From an uncultured virus (IMG/VR IMGVR_UViG_2061766007_004155) (Duplodnaviria; Heunggongvirae; Uroviricota; Caudoviricetes): a stretch of DNA of 20,000 nucleotides. The stretch lies in IMG/VR virus record IMGVR_UViG_2061766007_004155. One strand, written 5' to 3'. The translations under genes were made by a program, and so were the position numbers. Shown piece by piece: positions 7,922 through 15,903 of this stretch. Below the pieces are notes generated by a model. The model was not told the DNA's origin. It was given only the letters and a program-made list of their open reading frames with translations, and did not search any database. Numbering within the stretch: position 1 is the first letter of the stretch; each line of letters opens with the position of its first letter.

Positions 7922-8234
7922 GCTCTCCTCCGTTGTAACTGCCGCAGTTGGGGCAGAAGTTGTGAAGTGGTTGAACATGGATTTTTGTGAATACATACCC
8001 ACATTCAGAACATTTGTAACGGAAGATTTCAAGACCGTTTAATAATTCAATTCTGTCACCACCGTTGTCTTCCCACTTTCCATGCCTGACTTCCGCAACA
8101 TCTGCGGATGGGATGGAATCAATGGCCCGAGCCGCATCCCCACGAATGACCCAACAGTAACCGTCACCGTCTACCTTTGGCACAAGTTTTAGGATGGCGT
8201 TAAATGCCGCTTCTCTTTCGATGCAATCAGCCAT
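7911..8234 (-). CDS. Phage zinc-ribbon protein (ADVAEVRHGKW...CSECG...FCPNCG)
   Basis: Well-known Firmicutes phage module; AAGGAGG RBS. Confidence 0.85.
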   Translation of the reverse strand: MADCIEREAAFNAILKLVPKVDGDGYCWVIRGDAARAIDSIPSADVAEVRHGKWEDNGGDRIELLNGLEIFRYKCSECGYVFTKIHVQPLHNFCPNCGSYNGGEHGT

Positions 8235-8781
8235 CTGTTTCCTCCTTTGGCGGTTCGGGGAAATACGGAACGCACTTCCATGTCACACCGTTAATAGCGT
8301 TCTGCATTGTTTTCTTCGATACTCCGTATCTATCAGCAAGTTCTTGAAACGATGTTCCCTTATAGGCGCGTTCCCATCTCGCGTCTTTGACAGTTTTCTT
8401 CGTCAGCTTTGATGTTATTTGTTCTTCTCCAACCTTTACAACATTGCGCCCTTTGCGTTCTCTGTCGGCTACGTTGTCTGCTCTCGTTCCCAAAAACAGA
8501 TGCTCCGGGTTTATACAGGATGGATTATCGCATTTGTGGCACACTTCAAACCCGTCCGGGATTTCACCATTCCATGTGATGTATGCCAATCTATGCGCTC
8601 TTTCAGAACGACGCGTTCCGTCTGTTCGGCTACCAACTATTGTGTGTCCGTAGCCGCCTCTTTTGCATCCAGTCCACTCCCAACACCCAGATACGGGATT
8701 GACTTTCATGTTTGCTTTAAGACGTTCTTCAATTGGCATGGTCGGCATACCGCGTTTTCTTGCGCTATAATCAGGTTTCAT
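8227..8781 (-). CDS. HNH endonuclease (HNH_3 type) with C-terminal HTH
   Basis: GCWEWTG..GYG..RAHRLAY..VCHKCDNPSCINPEHLFLGTRADNVAD; SFQELADRYGVS. Confidence 0.92.
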   Translation of the reverse strand: MKPDYSARKRGMPTMPIEERLKANMKVNPVSGCWEWTGCKRGGYGHTIVGSRTDGTRRSERAHRLAYITWNGEIPDGFEVCHKCDNPSCINPEHLFLGTRADNVADRERKGRNVVKVGEEQITSKLTKKTVKDARWERAYKGTSFQELADRYGVSKKTMQNAINGVTWKCVPYFPEPPKEETDG

Positions 8782-9130
8782 TTAATCCCTCCGTACTTGG
8801 CAACGGCATCCAATGGGTTATGTCTTCCTGCATAAAAATTATCCATCGTCCATGATCGCAAACATCAAAGCATACTCTTGAAATATGGCGACCCCAAACT
8901 AAAACAGTATGGTCATTTTCCGGCAACCTCTCACTCACAGGAATCCACTTCGGCAACTGCGCTTGAAGTTCCTCTATGGCATCAGCTGCATCCAATTGCA
9001 AAACGGAATTGCAATTCCTACAATCACGGTCGCTCTTCATAGCCATACACCCAATTAATTCTTCCGCTTCTCCAGCGCAGTCATGTGTTCCGCAGTATCT
9101 AAGGTCTTTTATCAGTTCATCGTACTTCAT
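8771..9130 (-). CDS. DUF551-domain protein
   Basis: AADAIEEL; WIPVSERLPE...VLV...ITHWMPLP. Confidence 0.85.
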   Translation of the reverse strand: MKYDELIKDLRYCGTHDCAGEAEELIGCMAMKSDRDCRNCNSVLQLDAADAIEELQAQLPKWIPVSERLPENDHTVLVWGRHISRVCFDVCDHGRWIIFMQEDITHWMPLPSTEGLNET

Positions 9131-9150
9131 GTTTACTCTTCCATAACCTC

Positions 9151-9357
9151 CTACATTTCTACAGGCATACCAAATAGTGAGCAAATCCCACTCTCTTTAA
9201 CCCAACACGGGCAAGTTGAATTCACGTTTTCCATAGCCTGTATAGTTCTTAGATAAACAATTACATCAACAATAGCTTCTGCATAGTCAGGGTCTAACCT
9301 TTCAGCAATGCATTGCTCGGAATACCTTAACAGCCTGTTAATCAATTCTTCCAACAT
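9151..9357 (-). CDS. Hypothetical protein
   Basis: 68-aa ORF in operon orientation. Confidence 0.55.
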   Translation of the reverse strand: MLEELINRLLRYSEQCIAERLDPDYAEAIVDVIVYLRTIQAMENVNSTCPCWVKESGICSLFGMPVEM

Positions 9358-9432
9358 CTAAAAAACAACCCCCACCCTATAAAATCTATTGCTATAAAAA
9401 GTAACTCAAGTTGTACAAATCCGCAGAGCATA

Positions 9433-9897
9433 TCAGCCAAGCCTCCTCCGGCAGAACTCGGCAATCATAAGCGCATCGGCAATTCCGTCATCATCCGTTC
9501 TGCATTTCGGAGTACGTTTCAGAGATACATCAGGGAAGAGTTCTTTTGCGACCTGAATAGTACGGGCTTTCTTCTCCGCTTTTGAATAATCTTTAGAAAG
9601 GTTTAGGCTAAATGTGCGCTTCCAAGTTTGTGAAGGAATCAATTGAACAGGGATTTTGAATGCGTAACACATTCCCCTTACAAATCCCCAGTTCGTTCCG
9701 AAGTTGAATGTTGACGAGATACCTTGCCCAGGCATTGAACCAACTTTTTCGATTGCCATAACACAATCGTCTTTAGACCATCTATCTAAAGCTTCACGGT
9801 AATTTTCTTCATCGAATGGTATAATTTCCACCCCGTCATCAGAGATGCACACAAGCGCTCCTGAAGCCCCTGGGTCACAGCCAATGTATCTTTTCAA
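9433..9897 (-). CDS. RuvC-like Holliday junction resolvase (phage type)
   Basis: YIGCDPG (Asp), AIEKV (Glu), STFNFG, QTWK, DGIADALMIA (Asp); TTG start overlapping the recombinase stop. Confidence 0.88.
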   Translation of the reverse strand: MKRYIGCDPGASGALVCISDDGVEIIPFDEENYREALDRWSKDDCVMAIEKVGSMPGQGISSTFNFGTNWGFVRGMCYAFKIPVQLIPSQTWKRTFSLNLSKDYSKAEKKARTIQVAKELFPDVSLKRTPKCRTDDDGIADALMIAEFCRRRLG

Positions 9898-10853
9898 GAT
9901 GCAATACCTTCTTTCTTGTAAATACTCGAAACAGTTTTTGCAAAGTTGCTTGCAGTTAATTCGGGGTCAAGGTCTTTAGCGTAAATGGCAGTGGTTTGCA
10001 GACGGCTATGACCAAGCATGTTGCTAATAGCTTCAATGGACGTTCCGCCTGTGAGCGACACAGAAGCAAAAGCATGACGAAGAGCATGAGTTCTTGATGC
10101 TTTCTCTTCGCCAAGCACACCGCTTACATAACTGTATACTTTTTCAGAGAGTTCAGTTCTTTCAAATCCACGCCACTCACCGCCGTTTGTTACGACACCG
10201 AACAGCAGATCATCACTTGTGAGAAGATATGGTCTTAATCCGCTATTAAGATAATCGTTAACAGCAGACTGCGCTTCCTCTGTAAACGGTACATATCTTG
10301 GCTTACCACCCTTTGCAACCTCGCAATAAATCGTTCCTGTTTCAAAGTTCAGATTCCTGAGTTTAAGATTCCTCAGTTCTATGTTACGCATACCAGATGT
10401 GAGGAACACAGTTACGATTGCCTTTTCCCTTACAAACGTTCTCGGTGTCCTGCGCCCTTCGGTTGTGTACCTCTCCGCACTCATAAGAGCCATTGCGTCC
10501 TGCGCATCAAGGACGTGATCGTATTCCTTGTTCTTCTCTTTGCTAATCTGCTTCTTCGGCGGGAACATCTTCTCCACAACAAAAGGAGCGGAGTAAATGC
10601 AAGTATCTACACCGAAATCTGACAGGTATTTAAGGATTCTCAGGTACATATCGAGAGTGCGGAATGAAACATTAAGGCTCTCTTTCCACTTGAGAGTAGC
10701 AATTGCGCTTGCATCTTCATACCCGTTATTCTCCAAGAACTCACGGTAAAACCTGAAGACGTTTGCGTAAGTTTCCAATGTGGCTTTTGTGCATTCATTT
10801 GTACGGCAGTTTGACATAAACATATCAACTGTTGTTTTGTAGTTTTCTAACAT
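9894..10853 (-). CDS. Tyrosine recombinase/integrase (XerC/D-like)
   Basis: Catalytic set intact: SGMRNIEL (R), AKGGK (K), HALRH, LGH, TTAIY; N-terminal SAM-like domain. Confidence 0.93.
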   Translation of the reverse strand: MLENYKTTVDMFMSNCRTNECTKATLETYANVFRFYREFLENNGYEDASAIATLKWKESLNVSFRTLDMYLRILKYLSDFGVDTCIYSAPFVVEKMFPPKKQISKEKNKEYDHVLDAQDAMALMSAERYTTEGRRTPRTFVREKAIVTVFLTSGMRNIELRNLKLRNLNFETGTIYCEVAKGGKPRYVPFTEEAQSAVNDYLNSGLRPYLLTSDDLLFGVVTNGGEWRGFERTELSEKVYSYVSGVLGEEKASRTHALRHAFASVSLTGGTSIEAISNMLGHSRLQTTAIYAKDLDPELTASNFAKTVSSIYKKEGIAS

Positions 10854-10901
10854 TGACTTTCGCTCCTTTCTTTAATCATATTGTGTAATTTTTTTAATTG
10901 G

Positions 10902-11123
10902 TTATTGATTCCTGCCACACTCATCTAATGAGTATTCGACATGACGAATTGTAATTGGTTCTAAAACGGATTCATCTTTTGAAAGAGTTTCAAATGTTCT
11001 TTCCAGACTTGCGGAAAGACGATTGATTAAATAAGGACAACTTAGAATCAGTTCAATTGATTCGCTCGTTAATTCTTTCGGCAAGTAATAAGGCATCTCA
11101 ACCTGTTCTTCATCATTTGGCAT
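10902..11123 (-). CDS. Hypothetical protein
   Basis: MPNDEEQ start overlapping the upstream gene end. Confidence 0.55.
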   Translation of the reverse strand: MPNDEEQVEMPYYLPKELTSESIELILSCPYLINRLSASLERTFETLSKDESVLEPITIRHVEYSLDECGRNQ

Positions 11124-11448
11124 TTTTGGGTTTCCGTCCTCTCTTTTTTGGTTCAGGAATCGGCGGGGGAGTAGGTTCAACTTTCTCTTTTGGTTTACGC
11201 CCTCTCTTCTTCGGCTCTTCTTTTGGCTTCTTCCCGTTATCCTCAATCATAATCTCTTGAACCGATTTAGGAGGCTCTGGGAGCGGTTCACGTGGCGTGA
11301 ATGTATAACCGCAACATTGTTCATACGCTGACTTCAAAGCGTTCACAACGGTGTCTGTGTGAGCTACAAACGTGTCAATCAGTTTGCCGTCCAAAGTAAT
11401 TGCGATGTGATAATCTCTTTTGCGTGTGTTTGTTTTTAATCCTTCCAT
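11113..11448 (-). CDS. Protein with two AT-hook-like KKRGRKPK motifs
   Basis: EPKKRGRKPK twice in a Pro/Lys-rich tail. Confidence 0.7.
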   Translation of the reverse strand: MEGLKTNTRKRDYHIAITLDGKLIDTFVAHTDTVVNALKSAYEQCCGYTFTPREPLPEPPKSVQEIMIEDNGKKPKEEPKKRGRKPKEKVEPTPPPIPEPKKRGRKPKNAK

Positions 11449-11634
11449 TCAATTCTCCTCATTTATTATCTCGACTTTTTCAACTGTTGCTTTTTCTTCC
11501 TTTTCAGAGAAAAGGCAAAGGCCGTTGAATATAGCTTGCCAAACTTTTTTGATATCATCTTCTGTTATACCGTCTGGTACTTTAGCGTCATTTTCCGTGA
11601 GTATCGTTAATCTTACTTTCATCTTGCCCTCCAA
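11449..11634 (-). CDS. Hypothetical protein
   Basis: Abuts both neighbours; start may be a few codons downstream. Confidence 0.6.
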   Translation of the reverse strand: MEGKMKVRLTILTENDAKVPDGITEDDIKKVWQAIFNGLCLFSEKEEKATVEKVEIINEEN

Positions 11635-11841
11635 TCATGAATACCATTTATGCCTTTTTTGGAAAATTTCAATTCCTTTTTCATATCCAAGCGTCTTCAT
11701 AACTTCGCAAATTAAATTGTCTGCACTCCGATGAAAAGTTTCGGTATCTCTTTGCATATTGAGCAGATTCATTGAAGTTTCAAATTCTTCCGGTGTCATG
11801 AAATCTAAATCGTCTTCAAATTTTAAAACAAGTTTTTTCAT
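11635..11841 (-). CDS. Hypothetical phage protein (D.E..H..AD..LC..L..LGY..G...F...KWY type)
   Basis: Recognisable small phage motif; coupled start. Confidence 0.7.
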   Translation of the reverse strand: MKKLVLKFEDDLDFMTPEEFETSMNLLNMQRDTETFHRSADNLICEVMKTLGYEKGIEIFQKRHKWYS

Positions 11842-12269
11842 TAGTGTTCATACATTTCTCCACCGTGGTCATCCAACCATCTGCCAAAATCAACGTTATC
11901 TAACAAGTCGGCATAATCATCAACGCTCTTGCCAAAGTAATTTTCTAAATCCAAGTCGCTTTGAATTTCATATTCTTTTTCTTCTCCTGCGACATTTGTG
12001 ATTTCGTATTCCCGCTCCCGCTCTATTTCTTCCAAAGCATCATTCGCCATATCTTCCTCATATTTTCGGAACGTGGTTTGAATTATTTCTGCACCATCAA
12101 CAGGGAAGTACAAAGCGATAGAGCTATACTGCTTCCCGTCTTTCTCAGCGCGAACAAGGTAATGGGTTTCGTAGTCATCCAATGATTTTACGATTTCAAT
12201 GTGTTCAAATCCATCATATCTGTACGCATCGGTTATCTCCCTGTTTACCTCTTCCAAGTTTTTCTTCAT
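11841..12269 (-). CDS. Acidic hypothetical protein
   Basis: 142-aa ORF with a D/E-rich C-terminal half. Confidence 0.75.
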   Translation of the reverse strand: MKKNLEEVNREITDAYRYDGFEHIEIVKSLDDYETHYLVRAEKDGKQYSSIALYFPVDGAEIIQTTFRKYEEDMANDALEEIEREREYEITNVAGEEKEYEIQSDLDLENYFGKSVDDYADLLDNVDFGRWLDDHGGEMYEH

Positions 12270-12565
12270 TTGAATTTCACCACCAAATCGTAGTCTTTTT
12301 TTAATACACGTTTAATATCCGACAGAGACATGTTTCCGTCTTCTACTGTGTTCAAGAAAGATTTGAACCGCTCCACAAAGATTCCGATTTCTTCATTGTT
12401 CATAAACTCGCTGTCTGCCAAAACCCACACCATCAAATTCATTGCGGAATCTATGGCATCTGTGAATCCGTCTGCGTGTCCCATCCTGTATGCTTTCAGC
12501 GGGTCAGTTGGTAATTGCAGTTGGCTTTGTGGACTTCGCTTCTTCGCTTTTGGTATTGTAATCAC
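12266..12565 (-). CDS. Hypothetical protein (first gene after terminator)
   Basis: GTG start; AYRMGHADG motif. Confidence 0.7.
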   Translation of the reverse strand: MITIPKAKKRSPQSQLQLPTDPLKAYRMGHADGFTDAIDSAMNLMVWVLADSEFMNNEEIGIFVERFKSFLNTVEDGNMSLSDIKRVLKKDYDLVVKFK

Positions 12566-12653
12566 CGCCTATTAATATATTTATATTGCAGTATGATTAT
12601 ATGAATGTGCGCAATACATAAATATGGATTAACTGTTATATAAATCATGGCAC

Positions 12654-12686
12654 AAAAATAGAGACTGCCTTTTCAGACAGCCTCTA
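12654..12686 (-). terminator. Intrinsic terminator
   Basis: Minus strand TAGAGGCTGTCT-GAAA-AGGCAGTCTCTA then TTTTT. The two G-U pairs only form on this strand. Confidence 0.85.
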
Positions 12687-12702
12687 CAATTTTTTTAGCA
12701 TA

Positions 12703-12921
12703 TTAAAGGTCAAGTGGTATTGCGTATCTTGGGTTTTCTTCATTCCACTTCTCGCGGTTTTTAGTTAGCGTATCAACCCATTCAAAGCTTTCTATTTTTG
12801 ATCCGAACGGGAGCATATCTTTCAAAACCTTTTTCGGATTCTCACCCTCTTCAGCATAAGTTTTGATGGTGTCCTCTGTTCCATCGTTATGTTTGATTTT
12901 CGCAACAAGCAGTTTAGTCAT
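12703..12921 (-). CDS. Hypothetical protein
   Basis: AAGGAG RBS; start at 12921 or 12927. Confidence 0.7.
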   Translation of the reverse strand: MTKLLVAKIKHNDGTEDTIKTYAEEGENPKKVLKDMLPFGSKIESFEWVDTLTKNREKWNEENPRYAIPLDL

Positions 12922-13435
12922 TATCATATTCTCCTTCAGAATTTAATCCAAATTTTTTTCTTTGTTCTTCTAACTCCGCAGCAGTCATTTCCCGATGCTC
13001 AGACCACAGGTTTTTAAAAATGAAAACGATTCTCGCATCTAAATCTCCACACGGAACTACTGACATTTCATCGGAAAGCTCTACAATCCTGCGGAAAGAG
13101 CAATAAGCAGTCCCTTTGAAAAACGCCAATCCATTATGAATTGTGATTGCAACAAAAGCTTCCCTGAGTTTCGGATTCGGCTCTTCAAACTTTTCGATTT
13201 CCACATCTTCTGTCGTGCCGATTACGTCCAGACATTTATTGACAGCTTCAAGTTTTAATATTACTTCTTCATTGACTACAGTTCCATAAAACCTGTCAAT
13301 ATCACGTTCATTGAAAAGCGCAAAAATATCACCGTCCACTTCTTCGATTCTTTTCTGAATCTGCAGATAATCTTGCATGTTTTCCATAACAGCGCCTGTC
13401 ATTTCCTCATTGATTTTATAGTCTATCAAAATCAC
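12914..13435 (-). CDS. Acidic hypothetical protein
   Basis: 173-aa ORF, GTG start. Confidence 0.75.
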   Translation of the reverse strand: MILIDYKINEEMTGAVMENMQDYLQIQKRIEEVDGDIFALFNERDIDRFYGTVVNEEVILKLEAVNKCLDVIGTTEDVEIEKFEEPNPKLREAFVAITIHNGLAFFKGTAYCSFRRIVELSDEMSVVPCGDLDARIVFIFKNLWSEHREMTAAELEEQRKKFGLNSEGEYDND

Positions 13436-13458
13436 CCCCTAATTGTTTCATAATATAT

Positions 13459-13485
13459 TACACAGATTTGCGTGGATGCGCAATA
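13459..13485 (-). promoter_or_regulatory. Putative sigma70-type promoter (TTGCGC-N17-TAATAT)
   Basis: Intergenic; 17-nt spacer; shares TATTGCGCA with the 12608-12616 intergenic site. Confidence 0.35.
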
Positions 13486-14187
13486 TTAAATTCCGTATTG
13501 CTCTCTGAAATCTTTCCCCGTCATTTCATACAGCCTTTCCAACACTTCCCGTATTGATTTTCTGCCAAGATTTCTAACGCTTAACAGTTTTAATTCTTTG
13601 CCATCATTTTCGCAATAGTTTATTAAATCCAAAATTGTATTTATTTTTGCACGTCTCAAACAATTAAAAGAGCGGACAGATAAATCCATTGCCTCGATAG
13701 ACATATTGTTGCAGAAAGCTTCTTTCACTTCTTCTAAAGGACTTTCAATTGTGATGTGTAACGCATCAAACTTCGGCTTGTACTTCTCCAACATTTCATT
13801 CAGTTTTTTCTCACGTTCCCCTATGTTTTTTTCTCGTTCATTCAACTCCTCTTCTTTTGCTTTCAGCTTTTTCAACTCTGCACCGCCAAAATATCCATGC
13901 ATAATAAAGTTTTGTCTTGCCGGATGACGGAGTTTTCGCAATGCTTTAGCCTCTATTTGCCTAATGCGCTCACGGGTTACATTGAAATCCTTCCCGACTT
14001 CTTCAAACGTTTTAAAATCTTGAAACCGTTTTTCCAACACTTTCTGCTCACGATCAGATAATGTTAGCAAAGCATGTTCCAATCCTGCAATGTGGTCTTC
14101 ATCATCAACCCACACAATTTCATCACAGAATATAGCGTCAATTAGATTGAACGGATACCCAACATTATCATAAGTTATTGCTGACAT
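13486..14187 (-). CDS. Sigma-70 region 4 HTH fused via a coiled coil to an RNA polymerase alpha C-terminal domain
   Basis: [43 protein letters not shown] (sigmaA r4.2). Heptad-like [63 protein letters not shown] (alphaCTD). Confidence 0.9.
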   Translation of the reverse strand: MSAITYDNVGYPFNLIDAIFCDEIVWVDDEDHIAGLEHALLTLSDREQKVLEKRFQDFKTFEEVGKDFNVTRERIRQIEAKALRKLRHPARQNFIMHGYFGGAELKKLKAKEEELNEREKNIGEREKKLNEMLEKYKPKFDALHITIESPLEEVKEAFCNNMSIEAMDLSVRSFNCLRRAKINTILDLINYCENDGKELKLLSVRNLGRKSIREVLERLYEMTGKDFREQYGI

Positions 14188-14201
14188 ATATCATACCTCC
14201 T

Positions 14202-14576
14202 TTAACAATCTACAGCGATGCTGTGATACACATAGAATCTTCCACGTCTTTTAAAAATCTTATGCCCTATTGTGAAATGCTGTCCTGTGCAATCGTACAT
14301 TGACGGCATATATTCCATACGTTCAAACTCATCAAAGTATTCCTCTGCATCTTCATCACTCTTCAGAAATTCTGGAAGACGTACAAGCATAACGTAATAA
14401 CCATAGTTGTCTTCATAGATGCATCTGCGCTCCTCATTACTAGGCTTATTCAGATACTGTCTCAAATTTCGTTTAAGTTCTTCAATTCTTTCAGGCTTAG
14501 CATGATGCATAAAATCCTCATCACGGAGAATCGAATATGCAATTTTGCAATCAATAGGGGAAGTAATGTTAAACAT
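14202..14576 (-). CDS. Hypothetical protein (YDCTGQ.FT motif)
   Basis: GGAGG RBS; 124-aa ORF. Confidence 0.75.
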   Translation of the reverse strand: MFNITSPIDCKIAYSILRDEDFMHHAKPERIEELKRNLRQYLNKPSNEERRCIYEDNYGYYVMLVRLPEFLKSDEDAEEYFDEFERMEYMPSMYDCTGQHFTIGHKIFKRRGRFYVYHSIAVDC

Positions 14577-14610
14577 TTATGCCTCCATTTCTATATGTTT
14601 TTAATGTGCT

Positions 14611-14823
14611 TTACACTATTTCAAAATGAATATGTTCAAAAATCAGCGTCGGGCCATTGGTCGCTATCCCTGTCAGAATATTTGCGAATCCGCACCAGTC
14701 TCCGACATTGCATACTCTGCCATTAAATTCATGCTTTGAATGTGCCTTGCCGATATAATCCTTATGTTCTGCAACTAACTTCCGGAACTTTTTGCGCGGA
14801 ATCCTGATAATATCATTTGCCAT
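14611..14823 (-). CDS. Hypothetical protein
   Basis: MANDIIR start just after the upstream stop. Confidence 0.7.
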   Translation of the reverse strand: MANDIIRIPRKKFRKLVAEHKDYIGKAHSKHEFNGRVCNVGDWCGFANILTGIATNGPTLIFEHIHFEIV

Positions 14824-14824
14824 A

Positions 14825-15631
14825 TTAAAACCATCCTTTCTCGTCAGCAATTTTATAATACTTCTGCTTCGCTGCAATGTATGCTTCTCTCTGCATCTTG
14901 TTGAATCCAACGTCATTAAACATCTTTTCCAGATTGCTGTTATAATCTTCACTATACCAATTTACATTACCGAAAGCAGACAGAGTATCATAATCTCTTT
15001 GCCAGTTGATTCCGTATTCATGGTTGCACATTTCCGTGTAAATAGCATCCACCCAGTAATCAAAATTATCAAGTGTATCATTCTTCGCTGCCGTCAAAGC
15101 AACATGCAGTTTTACACACTTCTCCACAAATTCCCGGCTGTCATAATAAGCATAGCAAACAGGGTTAAAATACATCTTTTCAACTTTGCGCTTAAAAGCC
15201 TTTTCTTCCTTCTCAGACGGACTAATCATAAACGCCGATATATAATCTTCCCTCATTCCGTAATAGTTTTGCAGGAAGCTTCTTTTCGACTCATAATCAT
15301 CATAACTTTTGATTGGCTCAGACAATTCTTCCTCGGTGTAAAGCTTGTGATTCATGGTTTCAATATACCAATTTTTCAGGTCTTCACGGCTTCTCCCTTT
15401 GTGGTGAAGTTCATAGTCATTTGCGTAATGGATATGATGACCATTGCAGAAAACGCAAGCTGAATAGCCGAAATAGCCGGGAAAATCAATAAAGTAAATG
15501 TTATGGCCTTTAATAACCATGCTTTCTTCAGAAAGTTCTTTTGCCTGATCTTCAGATAAAGCTTCAATATCTTTGATCGTGTATTCAGACACAGTTTTGA
15601 TATCAGTATTTTCCATTTTCATATCCTCCAA
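14825..15631 (-). CDS. Hypothetical protein (Tyr-rich)
   Basis: 268-aa ORF; true start probably the ATG after GGAGG near 15622. Confidence 0.8.
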   Translation of the reverse strand: MEDMKMENTDIKTVSEYTIKDIEALSEDQAKELSEESMVIKGHNIYFIDFPGYFGYSACVFCNGHHIHYANDYELHHKGRSREDLKNWYIETMNHKLYTEEELSEPIKSYDDYESKRSFLQNYYGMREDYISAFMISPSEKEEKAFKRKVEKMYFNPVCYAYYDSREFVEKCVKLHVALTAAKNDTLDNFDYWVDAIYTEMCNHEYGINWQRDYDTLSAFGNVNWYSEDYNSNLEKMFNDVGFNKMQREAYIAAKQKYYKIADEKGWF

Positions 15632-15648
15632 ATTTTATATAATTGATT

Positions 15649-15903
15649 TTAAAATAGGATTTCTGGGTCAGGCTCACGCCAGTTAAAACCACCATCATAT
15701 CCGATGCCATATAGAAAAGCCGTGTATACTGATTGCAAGAAGCCGAACCGGATACTATAGCAACCTTTCAACAAATTCTGTTGAACAGGGAAATGCAAGG
15801 CATCCCAGCACCGACTCTTTTCATCCTCTGTCAATCTTTCAAACGTCCATGACTTCCGGATCATCTCACAAAAATCATAGTATGCATTACCAGTTTTGTT
15901 CAT
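15649..15903 (-). CDS. Hypothetical protein
   Basis: 84-aa ORF with AAGGA RBS. Confidence 0.7.
   Translation of the reverse strand: MNKTGNAYYDFCEMIRKSWTFERLTEDEKSRCWDALHFPVQQNLLKGCYSIRFGFLQSVYTAFLYGIGYDGGFNWREPDPEILF

Noticed and set aside
7280..8800. Group I introns or inteins housing the HNH genes
   Set aside because: The inserts are almost entirely ORF, with their own RBS and no visible ribozyme core or intein C/HN termini. Splicing is not formally excluded.
13486..14187. Calling the gene rpoD or rpoA
   Set aside because: It lacks sigma regions 1-3 and the alpha N-terminal domain.
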